Below, one piece after another: positions 21,124 through 31,101 of a DNA stretch of 64,000 bases. Location of the stretch: IMG/VR virus record IMGVR_UViG_3300025070_000023; one strand, written 5' to 3'. Source of the DNA: an uncultured virus (IMG/VR IMGVR_UViG_3300025070_000023). Taxonomy: Duplodnaviria; Heunggongvirae; Uroviricota; Caudoviricetes. Numbering within the stretch: the first letter of the stretch is position 1; every line of letters starts with the position of its first letter. The notes beneath the pieces were generated by a model. It worked only from the letters and a program-made list of their open reading frames with translations. It made no database searches and had not been told where the DNA came from. A program made the translations under genes and the position numbers.

Positions 21124-21345
21124 TTACCGTTTAGCCTTAGCCTGTCGTTCTATTTTATCATATTCCTCTTTTTCTATTTCTAGCATAGCATTGTGAACCC
21201 CTAATAAATCCATAACTAAAGAAGAAGGCATCTTATAGACCTCAAGAGGACTAATGCCTAATGCCTTAGATAAGGAATATACAACGATTAAGGACATTTC
21301 TTTGGGGGTTCCTTTAGCCCCTTTAAAAATGGCCTTTATTCGTCG
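21124..21345 (-). CDS. Tail assembly chaperone, -1 frameshift extension (gpGT-like)
   Basis: Open -1 frame RRIKAIF...LSKALGISPLEVYKMP...KAKR* entered at slippery A-AAA-AAC. Confidence 0.7.
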   Translation of the reverse strand, partial: RRIKAIFKGAKGTPKEMSLIVVYSLSKALGISPLEVYKMPSSLVMDLLGVHNAMLEIEKEEYDKIERQAKAKR

Positions 21346-21710
21346 TTTTTTTGGTCATCCCCCTCAAATGCTGTAAAAGGATTAGGTAGGATTTCTTTAA
21401 TTTGATTACCCACATAAGGAGTTAATCGGAGAATATCAATAGCAGATAGGTGTGGTTCTGTTTTAACCACAAAATTTTCTACCATGAATTTAAACATGGC
21501 ATTTAAATCAATATCCATATCTTGTTTTTTAGCATCAATTTTCATCATGCTATTCATGGCTTTATCTACCTCAAGCCAAGTGGGTTCTTTAGTCCACACT
21601 TTGAGGTATTCTTCGCTTTCGGGTGCTACTCTAATATAATGTAGCGTAGGCTCGGTTAGTGCAAAAAGCACATTCTTATCACTTACAATTTTCTTGTCCA
21701 TATTATCCAC
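21336..21710 (-). CDS. Tail assembly chaperone (gpG-like)
   Basis: Between tail tube and TMP; slippery heptamer just before stop. Confidence 0.7.
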   Translation of the reverse strand: MDNMDKKIVSDKNVLFALTEPTLHYIRVAPESEEYLKVWTKEPTWLEVDKAMNSMMKIDAKKQDMDIDLNAMFKFMVENFVVKTEPHLSAIDILRLTPYVGNQIKEILPNPFTAFEGDDQKNDE

Positions 21711-21750
21711 CTATAAAACCAACAAACAAACAAACGGTGTTGGTGGAGTA

Positions 21751-21858
21751 TTATTTTTTAGCGTTCTTTTTTGGGCGACCTCGCTTTTTAGTAGGTTTAA
21801 CTTCTTTAGATTTAACTTCTATTTCTCGAAGTCTACGCATTTCATGTCTACTTGGCAT
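21751..21858 (-). CDS. 35-aa basic AT-hook microprotein
   Basis: Manual translation MPSRHEMRRLREIEVKSKEVKPTKKRGRPKKNAKK; GAGGTGA RBS. Confidence 0.6.
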   Translation of the reverse strand: MPSRHEMRRLREIEVKSKEVKPTKKRGRPKKNAKK

Positions 21859-21867
21859 CTACTCACC

Positions 21868-24039
21868 TCAAATTTTCCAATGAGTAATTACTTCACAAGT
21901 CGTCATAGTTCTAGGTAAAACCGTTGCTTCTACGACGATTGCTCCTTTATCATCGGGTATTGGGAAGTTGTTTGCACTTAGCATATAATCTTCGAACTTA
22001 AGAGTTATTTTCTCATCATTTGATTTTTCAAATACTAAGGTTATTTCTGTTCCCGAACCAGTTTGTTCAGTTCTGTTTAGTAGTTCTTGATAGAGTCTAT
22101 CATCAGTAACATGACCTGTAAATTGTATTTCGTATGTTCTTTCAGCAGGTATTGCTTCTTGTATGGAAGTATTGCCGACTCCCAAGAATCTTCTATCCTG
22201 TAGATTATTATTCATAGTCAAAGTTAAAGTATTTATCTTTAAGAAGGTATGATTAAATACACTAAACACTCCATCGGAAAAGAAAAATGGCTCTCTAAAT
22301 TCTGCAATAGAAGAATAGTTATACAAATTAGTATCATCCTCTATGCCCCTTCTTCCATCATATGCTTCATTAGTTTCTAGTGCGTGAACTGCTCTTGTAT
22401 TTACATCAACGGTCATCTTTACTTCTTCATTCTCATTAGCAGTAAGAGATAGTGTATTTACACGACATCCTCTAGCGATTTTAACAAAGTTCATAGATTC
22501 TAAAGTTTCGGTAGAGTCTGTTCTAAACTTATCTGTTCCCTCTAATTTACTTAGAGTTTGTTCCATAGCAAAAGAAGGAAGATTATCTCCATTTTCCTCC
22601 GCTATAGTATAAGTTATTCCTTTAGTCATGGTAGTAGTTCCTGTTGGTGGGTCTAATTCTTTTAGCGTAGTATGCGCTTGTAAATGGTCGGGATTTGGTG
22701 GACAAAGAGTTGTTCCTACAGTTCTATGGAAAAATGGCCCCGTAGAAGAAATATTAGATGTTTTAACATATACTTTATCTTCTGTTCCTATATAGTCGCT
22801 ACTAGGAGTTCCTGCTAGAGTTGTAGCACTAATACTTGTCATAGCACCAAAGAAATAATATAACCATGTTCCTTGATTTGCTACTATTCCTAAATTACCA
22901 CCACTAGCAGTTTCAATTCCTTTGTATTGGTAGGTTTTATTTCTTGATGTTCCTAATGATAGATTTACTTGTTTAGTTTCTATTTCTGTAGTTGGGAAAG
23001 TTACGCTTTCTACTATTCCTAACCATCCATCGGATAGAAGTCTTTTAGCAGAAGTTGTGGTGGTAGCGGCTAAAGCCAATATTCCGTTTGTTCCTCCATT
23101 AGAAGTAATAGTCAAATTACCACTTCCACTAACAGAAGAACCTGCATTTGTTACTGTAACAGCAGTAATAATTCCTCCTTGAACTCCTCCTGCGTTTCCA
23201 ATTGTAGTAGCACTAGTTGTAGTTTCTGTAATATGTGTTCCTACATATCCACCAGTATTATTAGTAATAGTTAATTCAGCACCGCTTCTTGTAACAGTTA
23301 CATCTTTTCCTGCTAATGCCGTTAATACGGACTGTGCGATTTCAGCACCAGTAGCACTATCAGCAATAGCGACGGTTACTGAATCATTAGCCGATGCTGA
23401 TGGTGCGGAGGCTCCCGCAGTATTAAACAAAACTTGTAATGTAGTAATTCCATTTGTTCCCGAAGCGGAAGCAAGATTAATTGTTAAAAGTCCACTATCA
23501 TAATTTGTTCCGCTTTCAGCAGGAAAAGTAACAGTAGAAATTTCTGCGCTTAAAGTAAGGACTAATTCTGCGCCTGTAGTAGTTAAACCCGAAACACCAG
23601 TGATTGCGGCATTACCTATAATGGATTCATCAGCCTCAATTTGAGTTCCTCCATTAGTTATGGCCGGTTGAGCCAAAACCGATGTTGCTCCCGTTACTTT
23701 CTTAGCAGGAACAGGTGCGCCATATCCCTTAATTACGAAAAAATCACCATCATCAGGAGTTGCGGCAGGAGTAAAAGTTATTGTGTCTGCTGTATTAGCA
23801 GTAATTCTATGTGTAGTTTGGAGAGTAGTTCCAGTATATCTTTCTAAAAGACAACCGACATATAAATTATTTACTAGAGAATAATGAGTAGAAAAAGTGG
23901 TTGCGGCTTTAATCGTAGTCAATGAAGAATTATCAAATGCCCCACTTGGATTTTTTGTTGATTCGAAATAAATATCAAATTCCGGTATTTTCGTTATGCT
24001 TGCCCCGCTTCCTAGAAATATATCTGTATTAACTGTCAT
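21868..24039 (-). CDS. Major tail tube protein with long T/S/G/A-rich extra region
   Basis: C-terminal LPSFAME...GCRVNTLSL...LTMNNNL tube-like segments; upstream of chaperones. Confidence 0.65.
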   Translation of the reverse strand: MTVNTDIFLGSGASITKIPEFDIYFESTKNPSGAFDNSSLTTIKAATTFSTHYSLVNNLYVGCLLERYTGTTLQTTHRITANTADTITFTPAATPDDGDFFVIKGYGAPVPAKKVTGATSVLAQPAITNGGTQIEADESIIGNAAITGVSGLTTTGAELVLTLSAEISTVTFPAESGTNYDSGLLTINLASASGTNGITTLQVLFNTAGASAPSASANDSVTVAIADSATGAEIAQSVLTALAGKDVTVTRSGAELTITNNTGGYVGTHITETTTSATTIGNAGGVQGGIITAVTVTNAGSSVSGSGNLTITSNGGTNGILALAATTTTSAKRLLSDGWLGIVESVTFPTTEIETKQVNLSLGTSRNKTYQYKGIETASGGNLGIVANQGTWLYYFFGAMTSISATTLAGTPSSDYIGTEDKVYVKTSNISSTGPFFHRTVGTTLCPPNPDHLQAHTTLKELDPPTGTTTMTKGITYTIAEENGDNLPSFAMEQTLSKLEGTDKFRTDSTETLESMNFVKIARGCRVNTLSLTANENEEVKMTVDVNTRAVHALETNEAYDGRRGIEDDTNLYNYSSIAEFREPFFFSDGVFSVFNHTFLKINTLTLTMNNNLQDRRFLGVGNTSIQEAIPAERTYEIQFTGHVTDDRLYQELLNRTEQTGSGTEITLVFEKSNDEKITLKFEDYMLSANNFPIPDDKGAIVVEATVLPRTMTTCEVITHWKI

Positions 24040-24067
24040 GCTACTCTCCCCCTTCCTAACTTACTTA

Positions 24068-24580
24068 CTAGGGAATACTTACTGCGAATCTTTTTGCTTC
24101 TAAACTTATTTTATATCCAAAGAGTCTTTTTGCTCGGTCATTACTTTCACTTCTAGAACCTACAAATAGTTGCTTAAAACTTGAACCATCGCTTGCAGTA
24201 TAACCTCGTCTCTTACTCTCAAGAACCCTAGTTAATATCAAGTATATAGCCCTTAGCCTATTTTTGCCATAAGAAGCGTCTAATCCGGAACGCTCATCGT
24301 GTAAAACTCTAATATGTAATGTAAAAGAATAAGTTTCATTTTTAATATCATAATGTATTGTGGGATATTCTATATTTTGAGAATCTTCGAAAACTACAAT
24401 TGTAGCAGGAGTTCTAGACAAATCTACTCTAACTCCTTTATTTGCTGTTGTTGTTCTTACATCAATTACATCGGGAGTGACAGCATTAGAAGCACTAATA
24501 GTTCCATTTGAAACTAATGCTTGTGCATTTGCAGACCAATTAGTATTAATTAAATCTATGATAAGACTGACTTCATCCAT
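24068..24580 (-). CDS. Putative tail terminator/neck protein
   Basis: Position upstream of tail tube; size. Confidence 0.5.
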   Translation of the reverse strand: MDEVSLIIDLINTNWSANAQALVSNGTISASNAVTPDVIDVRTTTANKGVRVDLSRTPATIVVFEDSQNIEYPTIHYDIKNETYSFTLHIRVLHDERSGLDASYGKNRLRAIYLILTRVLESKRRGYTASDGSSFKQLFVGSRSESNDRAKRLFGYKISLEAKRFAVSIP

Positions 24581-24771
24581 GACTCAACCTCCGCATTTAT
24601 TTGTTTTTCAATTAATTTAGCATAATCCTCTAATGCAAAATTCATAACTTCTTCATCGCTAAAAGAAATATCTTGTCCTAATGCACTAGAAAGTTCTATC
24701 ATGGCTAAATTTCTTTCTTTATGGATATCTAATAACTTTTCAAAAGCCCTCATGTCTATTTTAGTAGCCAT
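24556..24771 (-). CDS. Hypothetical protein
   Basis: ORF coupled within late operon. Confidence 0.55.
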   Translation of the reverse strand: MATKIDMRAFEKLLDIHKERNLAMIELSSALGQDISFSDEEVMNFALEDYAKLIEKQINAEVESWMKSVLS

Positions 24772-24776
24772 ATAAA

Positions 24777-26090
24777 TCAATCCAAGAAATAAACAATATC
24801 AGCCTTGCCCTTTAGAGTGTCCATGGCTTCCTTTCTTAATATATCATATTTTTCTTTAGTAGTAATATTAGCACCCGTTTCAGCAATAAGAACTGATTGG
24901 TCATCATTTCTTAATATTTCAGCCGCAGATAATTTTGTAGTTGCCTCATGAATAGCGGAAGGAACTCTAGTATCTCCTGCAACATATGTAACAACTACAG
25001 AATTATCCATATGATAAGGATAATCTTTTAGGAAAAATATTCTACCTTCTTCGTTAATAGTCCAATAGTCTCCTAATCTTCTCAAATCTTCTTTATCGGT
25101 GAAATCAGTAATGATGCAAACTGAAGGTATGCTTTGTCCTGTTGCCGTTGTAAAAGTTACAATCTCATTACTTAGTCCGTCATTAGTGATTGCCTTGTCT
25201 AAAACAATAGTTGTAGGATTTGTTATTGAGGTGATTGAAGTATCACTAGGAATATCAGTTCCCACTACAGACATGCCCACCACTAATTTGCTAGAATCTT
25301 GAACAGTTAAACTAGTAGATGTATTACTTCCCGAACAAGTCTGTTGGGTGCTTACTTTAATTGTGCATTCCGAACCATCATCCCCCGAAAGTAGGGAGGA
25401 AATGAGAATGCGCTTGCCATTATCTTTATCTTTAGAGGCATAGAAAAAGTCAGAAATAGTTAAATTATTACTAATTAGGCTTTTTGCCGCAGTTGCACCT
25501 GTAAATGTTGAAGTTGATGGGAATTCGCTGTTAATTAAAGCAGTTATGTCATTATTAGTGGTTTTTATTCCAAAAGTATTTGAAAACTCATCATTTCCTA
25601 AATTGCTTATATTATTTTCAGCGAGTAATGTAAATGACACTCCGCTATTTGGTAATTGTAATATAATAGAATGTATATCTCTAAAATTATCTAATAATTG
25701 TATTTTAGCCTGTGCAGATGCTATCTCTACATATTGCGTTCCTTGCCATACTAATAAAGAAACTATTTTACGAACTTTCATTTGTTTTAGTTGAATAAAT
25801 CCAACATGGCCACCATAATAAGAACGATGTGGCGGTCTTGAAAATTCAAAGTTGTGGTATTCGTCTTTTGTTACTATTGGTCGAAAAGACCTTTTTATTT
25901 TATCATCAACTATCCCTTCTATTCTTTTTATTATTGCACCTACTTGTGCTAATGTTGGAAAAGTAGTATTTGTAAATGCAGGAACTTGTAAAATATTAGC
26001 CACTTCAGTAGCATTAGTGTAAAAACCTCTCCCTTGACTATAATCAGGATTTATTTCCGTAAAATCGCTAGGGGAGAAGGTGGTTCCCAT
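24777..26090 (-). CDS. Putative head-tail adaptor with internal insertion
   Basis: YTNATEV N-terminus and VTYVAG..VPSAIHEATTKL C-terminus resemble adaptor proteins. Confidence 0.55.
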   Translation of the reverse strand: MGTTFSPSDFTEINPDYSQGRGFYTNATEVANILQVPAFTNTTFPTLAQVGAIIKRIEGIVDDKIKRSFRPIVTKDEYHNFEFSRPPHRSYYGGHVGFIQLKQMKVRKIVSLLVWQGTQYVEIASAQAKIQLLDNFRDIHSIILQLPNSGVSFTLLAENNISNLGNDEFSNTFGIKTTNNDITALINSEFPSTSTFTGATAAKSLISNNLTISDFFYASKDKDNGKRILISSLLSGDDGSECTIKVSTQQTCSGSNTSTSLTVQDSSKLVVGMSVVGTDIPSDTSITSITNPTTIVLDKAITNDGLSNEIVTFTTATGQSIPSVCIITDFTDKEDLRRLGDYWTINEEGRIFFLKDYPYHMDNSVVVTYVAGDTRVPSAIHEATTKLSAAEILRNDDQSVLIAETGANITTKEKYDILRKEAMDTLKGKADIVYFLD

Positions 26091-28147
26091 TATGACTCCA
26101 CCTCTTCTGTTACATCTCCGAATTTTCTTTCTATGGTTCTAATTTTAGTTTTCAAATCATTTACTCGGCTAGCCATTGGTCTATTAGCACTTTCTCTACC
26201 TGCGGGTTTAAGATTGAATTTGCCTTCTTGTCTTACATAGAAATCTAAAGCAAGCAAGAAAGGTATCTTTTTACTAAGAAACCCCTCTCCTGTAATCATT
26301 TCGCTTAATTTTAAATCACCAATAGCGTAAGTCTTTTTTCCTACAAAATTTACAGAAGATTTAACATTTTCAATTCCTGCACCAGTTTGCATAGTTAGAT
26401 TGGGAGCATATTTTTCTTTATCATCTAATGATAGTTTAGCATATTCATCAAAAGATATAAACTGTTCAGCAGTTTTTCTAGTTCTATTAAAGAGTTCTTT
26501 AAATTCTTCTAATTCCTCAATGTCTAATAACCTCATAACTTCGTCGGCTTTTTCTTCCATATCTTGAATATTTTGTAAAACCTTCTCATATGTAGCATTG
26601 TCAATAGTTTCGTCTTTTACTAATTGAATATCTCCTATCTTTACTGATTTACCAGTATATTTCCAAGAGAGTTTTTTCTTATCCTTTGTTTTTAGATTTT
26701 CTTTTAATACGAATGCTTTTTTTCCTAATTCATCCAATTTTTCCTTTCTTGCTTTTGCATCAATTTCGTTTAAATTTGTAAGTTTTACTTTACCTTTATC
26801 ATCAAGATTATCTCTAGAACCAATAGTAAAGCCCTCTAATTCTGCATCATCTTGCACTAGACTTTCTTTAAATTGGTCAAATGTTGCCTCGGCTCTTTCA
26901 CTTTTACTAAACTTGCCGCAAATAATAGGAACCATTATATCAGTAGCAGATTCTAAATAAGGTCTAAATATTTCTTGTATTTGTGCGTTGTTCTCCTCTA
27001 TTAATTTTGGAATATCTGTATCGTTTGTAAATTCAACAAATGCTTGTTTTAGTCTATATTGTGAACTAGAAGGGGCTTTAAAACCGTATAGTCCTTTTTT
27101 CCCGTCTACTTCTAATTCAAAATATTCTGCTTTACTTTCTATTGTAGCATTATATTGTTCGTGAGTAGGTTGTCCTTTTGCTTTCTCCCTAAAACCCAAT
27201 GTTCCTTCTCTTACTATTTCATAGTTTACCATAGTTTTAGGTTCACTACTTCCTTCTCTATAAGTGGGATTAGGTATTCTAGTTTTCTTATATTCATACC
27301 ATTCTATTGGTCTTTCTGCGGCTTGTTCAGTTACCTTCTTAATTACCTTATCACTAAATCTAACTTCGGTATTAAATACATCACTACCTATTTTGAATGT
27401 CTGTGTTTTACTTCTTTCCGGTATTGGGTTTTGTCCAGTTATCTCTCTTATATGATTTGTTTTAAGTTCTTCTAAGTCAGTAGATTTTATGTTCCCGTAG
27501 GTCATTTTAAAGTGATAGTTTTTTCCGTCCTGCTTAACATCCCCTTCGGGCATAAAAGAAAAAACTCCTGTTCCGCTACCTGTTTCTATATTTTCTTTTT
27601 CCCTTAAAATCATATCTTCTTGAATGGGAACATCGTTGTTTTTTTGAGTCCTTATGAAAGTTCTAAAATCAAAAGGAGGTAAATTCAATTTTTGGGTTCC
27701 TCTTTCAGCGAACTTTAATGCGCCTACACCGGAGAGTTTTTCTCTAACATCTCCGTCTTTGACCTCTTTTAGTTTTAAATTTTCTGCGTATCTAACATTG
27801 AAAGTATTTTCTGCACTACCTTCTTTTCCAGTTTTCATTCTACTAAATCTAGTCCAACCGTAACCGTCATTGTTAATATAAGAAATAAGGGGTTCTTCTT
27901 TAAAAAAATCTTTAATTATTTTAACGAACTCTTTTTCTACTAATTCTTTTCTTTCTTCCTTTTCATCTTCGCTTAGTTGGGTATCGGCCTCTATAGCCTT
28001 GATAGTTTTATTATATTCTCTAAGTAAGTCTTTTGTTTTTTTAGGTCTGCCTTTAGCATCCATATGTCCTTTTAATGTATTTATAATATCATTTCTACCC
28101 ATATCTTTAGATATATCAATATCTGACCCCTTCCAACTTATAATCAT
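26090..28147 (-). CDS. Large charged hypothetical protein
   Basis: 685-aa ORF in late operon. Confidence 0.7.
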   Translation of the reverse strand: MIISWKGSDIDISKDMGRNDIINTLKGHMDAKGRPKKTKDLLREYNKTIKAIEADTQLSEDEKEERKELVEKEFVKIIKDFFKEEPLISYINNDGYGWTRFSRMKTGKEGSAENTFNVRYAENLKLKEVKDGDVREKLSGVGALKFAERGTQKLNLPPFDFRTFIRTQKNNDVPIQEDMILREKENIETGSGTGVFSFMPEGDVKQDGKNYHFKMTYGNIKSTDLEELKTNHIREITGQNPIPERSKTQTFKIGSDVFNTEVRFSDKVIKKVTEQAAERPIEWYEYKKTRIPNPTYREGSSEPKTMVNYEIVREGTLGFREKAKGQPTHEQYNATIESKAEYFELEVDGKKGLYGFKAPSSSQYRLKQAFVEFTNDTDIPKLIEENNAQIQEIFRPYLESATDIMVPIICGKFSKSERAEATFDQFKESLVQDDAELEGFTIGSRDNLDDKGKVKLTNLNEIDAKARKEKLDELGKKAFVLKENLKTKDKKKLSWKYTGKSVKIGDIQLVKDETIDNATYEKVLQNIQDMEEKADEVMRLLDIEELEEFKELFNRTRKTAEQFISFDEYAKLSLDDKEKYAPNLTMQTGAGIENVKSSVNFVGKKTYAIGDLKLSEMITGEGFLSKKIPFLLALDFYVRQEGKFNLKPAGRESANRPMASRVNDLKTKIRTIERKFGDVTEEVES

Positions 28148-28157
28148 GGAAAACGCC

Positions 28158-28808
28158 TCACATTAACCATTTAGCCCAAGCCGCACCTTTTTGTATTGCT
28201 GAGCCTAATCCTAAACCGCTTTGTGGGGGTTCGTAAGACATTTGACCTTGAGCATCTACCCAATATGGCCTACCATATCCATCTGTTCCGCTAGGAGGAA
28301 TAGGATAACCAGTACCATTATTCATGGCACTATTCATTTGATTAAATTGTTGAGTATTTCCAGTTACATTTGCTAATGCCATTCCTGCTGATGGTTGTTG
28401 TCCGATTCCACCACCAAATCCTTGTGATTCTAAATATTGCTGTTTTGCCATTTTTCTTTGATTAATTACTTCGCTGTTGATAGCAGAACTTAATAATTTT
28501 TGAATATCTAAATCTATATTTTCTTGAGTAATTCTTTCGTATTCTCTAAGACAATCGGGGTTCACCGTTATTTTAGTTCCATCAGTGGAAAAAGATAGTT
28601 TAGATAACATTTGTGAAACTACTCTTTCTGTTACATCTTCCATTAATTTTTCAAGAGCCGTTAAGAAATGCTCACCATGATATTGAAAGAACTCTTCAAC
28701 ATGGTTATCTTGTAAAGATAGTAAGTTATTTACATTCTTGAATTGTTGGTCGCTTTGCTGTTGTACAGAAGCCAACACCGTTCCATTACTTGTTCCTAGT
28801 ATTCCCAT
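28158..28808 (-). CDS. Q/G-rich protein with C-terminal amphipathic helix
   Basis: Ends LGLGSAIQKGAAWAKWLM. Confidence 0.65.
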   Translation of the reverse strand: MGILGTSNGTVLASVQQQSDQQFKNVNNLLSLQDNHVEEFFQYHGEHFLTALEKLMEDVTERVVSQMLSKLSFSTDGTKITVNPDCLREYERITQENIDLDIQKLLSSAINSEVINQRKMAKQQYLESQGFGGGIGQQPSAGMALANVTGNTQQFNQMNSAMNNGTGYPIPPSGTDGYGRPYWVDAQGQMSYEPPQSGLGLGSAIQKGAAWAKWLM

Positions 28809-28810
28809 AT

Positions 28811-29470
28811 TTATTCCTCCGTTTCTTCTTCCGGAACCTTAATTTGATTGTTTAACAGTAAATGGTTTATTCTATCTGTCATGATATTGACTTCCGTTAC
28901 CAATCTAATTACTTCCTCCGTAGCGGTCTTGTTATCTGCTAGTGCGGGTGGTTTTATAAACCATCCTGCTGAAGTTAAGGATGCTACATCGTTTTTATTT
29001 AAAGTAGTTAATGGCCCACTTTTTAGAATTTTAGGCATTCTAGGTTTAAATGCCGCAAAGTCTAATCCGTGTTTATCTGCAAGTATTTGCTGTTGTAACA
29101 TTTCTAACTGCATATACATAGAAGCGTGTTTTGGACAATAAGTTCCCATTAGAGGTCTACCCTTAGTTACTTTATCTAGAGGTATTGGTGGTCGCATGTA
29201 ATCTCCTTGTTGCCAAATATGATGAAAACCGCACACTACACATCTATCCTTTAAGTTAAACTTTTTACCGTATTTTATTCCTAAGAATTTTTTAGGTTCA
29301 GATTTTAATACTGCTGTTAATTCTGCTAATTGTTTTTTAGGTTTAATTGCCACAAACTTGTATTCAGTTATAGCCCCACTTGCTCTTGCCTGTTGTAGCG
29401 GAGTCCTATTAAAATTACCAAAAGCAGGGTTTGGTGTGTTCTGTCCTATTATATTTGGTTGGTTATACAT
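28811..29470 (-). CDS. Putative Zn-binding protein with C-terminal coiled coil
   Basis: CVVCGFHH...YCPKH. Confidence 0.65.
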   Translation of the reverse strand: MYNQPNIIGQNTPNPAFGNFNRTPLQQARASGAITEYKFVAIKPKKQLAELTAVLKSEPKKFLGIKYGKKFNLKDRCVVCGFHHIWQQGDYMRPPIPLDKVTKGRPLMGTYCPKHASMYMQLEMLQQQILADKHGLDFAAFKPRMPKILKSGPLTTLNKNDVASLTSAGWFIKPPALADNKTATEEVIRLVTEVNIMTDRINHLLLNNQIKVPEEETEE

Positions 29471-29480
29471 CTTTAATTCC

Positions 29481-30149
29481 TCAATAATCTTTTATCATTG
29501 TTGTTACACCCCTATATACCATTTCGGGGTCGGATTTCGCTGAAACAATATATTTGAAACAGGGTATTCCCTTCTCATTTAACTGCCTCATTCCATACTT
29601 AAAAGGTTCAAATATTTCATGGTTGTCCATACTAGCCCCTTCTGTTAGTGGGTATTTTTCCGACCATATATCATATTTGTTAGCCCAAATCCCCACAGCC
29701 ATAGGATAATCTATTTCTTTTTTCTTTCTTCCTGTAGGCCAAGTATTTGCTACAATAGTGTCTACTAGAAATTTCCATGCTAATTGATGGTCTAAATTAG
29801 ATGAAGAGTCTAAGTGTCTATGGTCAATCATAAAAATAATATATTTTACTTTTCTTTTTTGCATATCCTTTACCCATTCTTTCCAGTAAATAGCCTCTCC
29901 GCCTATATCTGCACTTTTTATTGTATGGGAGTTTCCATCAATTTTTATATTTTTTCTGCTCGCTCTATGCAAGCCAACAGTTCTTTTATTCACTTGTGGA
30001 ACTTCTCCTCTTGTTCTAAGTTGTTTGCTAAGGGTTGTTTTACCAACCATTGTAGAACCATACACACCAAAGTTAATTGCATGAACTTTTTTGTAAAAGC
30101 CTATTAATGCTTCACCAACTAATATAGCAAAGCCCGTCATTATAGACAT
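29481..30149 (-). CDS. Small Ras-superfamily (Arf-like) GTPase
   Basis: G1 GSTMVGKT, G2 RTVG, G3 DIGG, G4 NKYD, G5 SAK. Confidence 0.85.
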   Translation of the reverse strand: MSIMTGFAILVGEALIGFYKKVHAINFGVYGSTMVGKTTLSKQLRTRGEVPQVNKRTVGLHRASRKNIKIDGNSHTIKSADIGGEAIYWKEWVKDMQKRKVKYIIFMIDHRHLDSSSNLDHQLAWKFLVDTIVANTWPTGRKKKEIDYPMAVGIWANKYDIWSEKYPLTEGASMDNHEIFEPFKYGMRQLNEKGIPCFKYIVSAKSDPEMVYRGVTTMIKDY

Positions 30150-30368
30150 TTAATGCCCCCAAATATCCTTAGCCCTCTCTATAATCCAACCCATTATATT
30201 AATGTCAAAGACTCCCATAATATTACCAATTAAAAACATAGCCAAAGTAGAGAATCCTCCCCAAAACCAAGCCTTCATTTTCAAAAAGAAAATATCAGCA
30301 GAATGCGCTCTAGATTGATTATAAGCATAATCGGAGTCGGAAAAACCCATCAAGTCGCCAAAGACCAT
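30150..30368 (-). CDS. Small membrane protein
   Basis: Hydrophobic AWFWGGFSTLAMFLIGNIMGVF. Confidence 0.65.
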   Translation of the reverse strand: MVFGDLMGFSDSDYAYNQSRAHSADIFFLKMKAWFWGGFSTLAMFLIGNIMGVFDINIMGWIIERAKDIWGH

Positions 30369-30377
30369 TTAACCACC

Positions 30378-30761
30378 TCATTGGAGTGCGGCTAAAAATT
30401 CATTACCGACGGTATTTTCTTCAGCCGGTTCAGTATTGCTGTAAAAGTTAGTATTGTATTGTCTAGCACTTTCACGCATCTTTTGTCTTTGCTGTTCGTC
30501 TCTAGCCTTTCTTTCCCAATATGCGGATATCTTTCTATCTAGTAGCCACATTTCTATCTTGTCATTTAGTGCTAAATCGAACAATGCTTTCATTACCATT
30601 ATTGCTCCTATTGTTCCAAGCCCAAATAGAACTGAATGTGCTAATGGCCCATATGGGAAACCTGTTCCGAATTGAGCATAAGCAAATACATTTGCCCCAC
30701 TTAATGTTCCTACGAACAATATAGTCATAACTAGTCTAGTATCTTGATTTAAAACAGCCAT
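30378..30761 (-). CDS. Two-TM membrane protein with C-terminal coiled coil
   Basis: Two hydrophobic segments then ERKARDEQQRQKMRE; start ATG 30761 after GAGG. Confidence 0.65.
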   Translation of the reverse strand: MAVLNQDTRLVMTILFVGTLSGANVFAYAQFGTGFPYGPLAHSVLFGLGTIGAIMVMKALFDLALNDKIEMWLLDRKISAYWERKARDEQQRQKMRESARQYNTNFYSNTEPAEENTVGNEFLAALQ

Positions 30762-30771
30762 TTGTAAAACC

Positions 30772-31047
30772 TCAAGCGAATTCAATAGAACATGCAACTT
30801 GGCCGGAAGTTTCTTCAAAGAAAAGCCCTGTGCTACATATTACTCCATGCATATCAAACTCTTTAGTTTCATTGGCAGATAGAACTATTCTAGCAACTTC
30901 TTTGCCACTATTACTAGTTCCATCAAATACCTTTATTGTAGCCGCACTACCACTAACTTCGCAAACATGAATTGAAACCAATTTACATTGACCAGTAAAA
31001 ACCAATTTACTTGCTGTTAATACACCGCTACTTCTGCATGAAGCCAT
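30772..31047 (-). CDS. Small putative virion protein
   Basis: 91-aa beta-rich ORF downstream of capsid genes. Confidence 0.55.
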   Translation of the reverse strand: MASCRSSGVLTASKLVFTGQCKLVSIHVCEVSGSAATIKVFDGTSNSGKEVARIVLSANETKEFDMHGVICSTGLFFEETSGQVACSIEFA

Positions 31048-31101
31048 ACTATCTACTCCCTTGAGACTAACTACAATACCAATACCATTTAAGATTATTG
31101 T

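Noticed and set aside
21716..21735. Short (CAAA)n repeat
   Set aside because: Too short to interpret; at most a T-rich terminator on the minus strand
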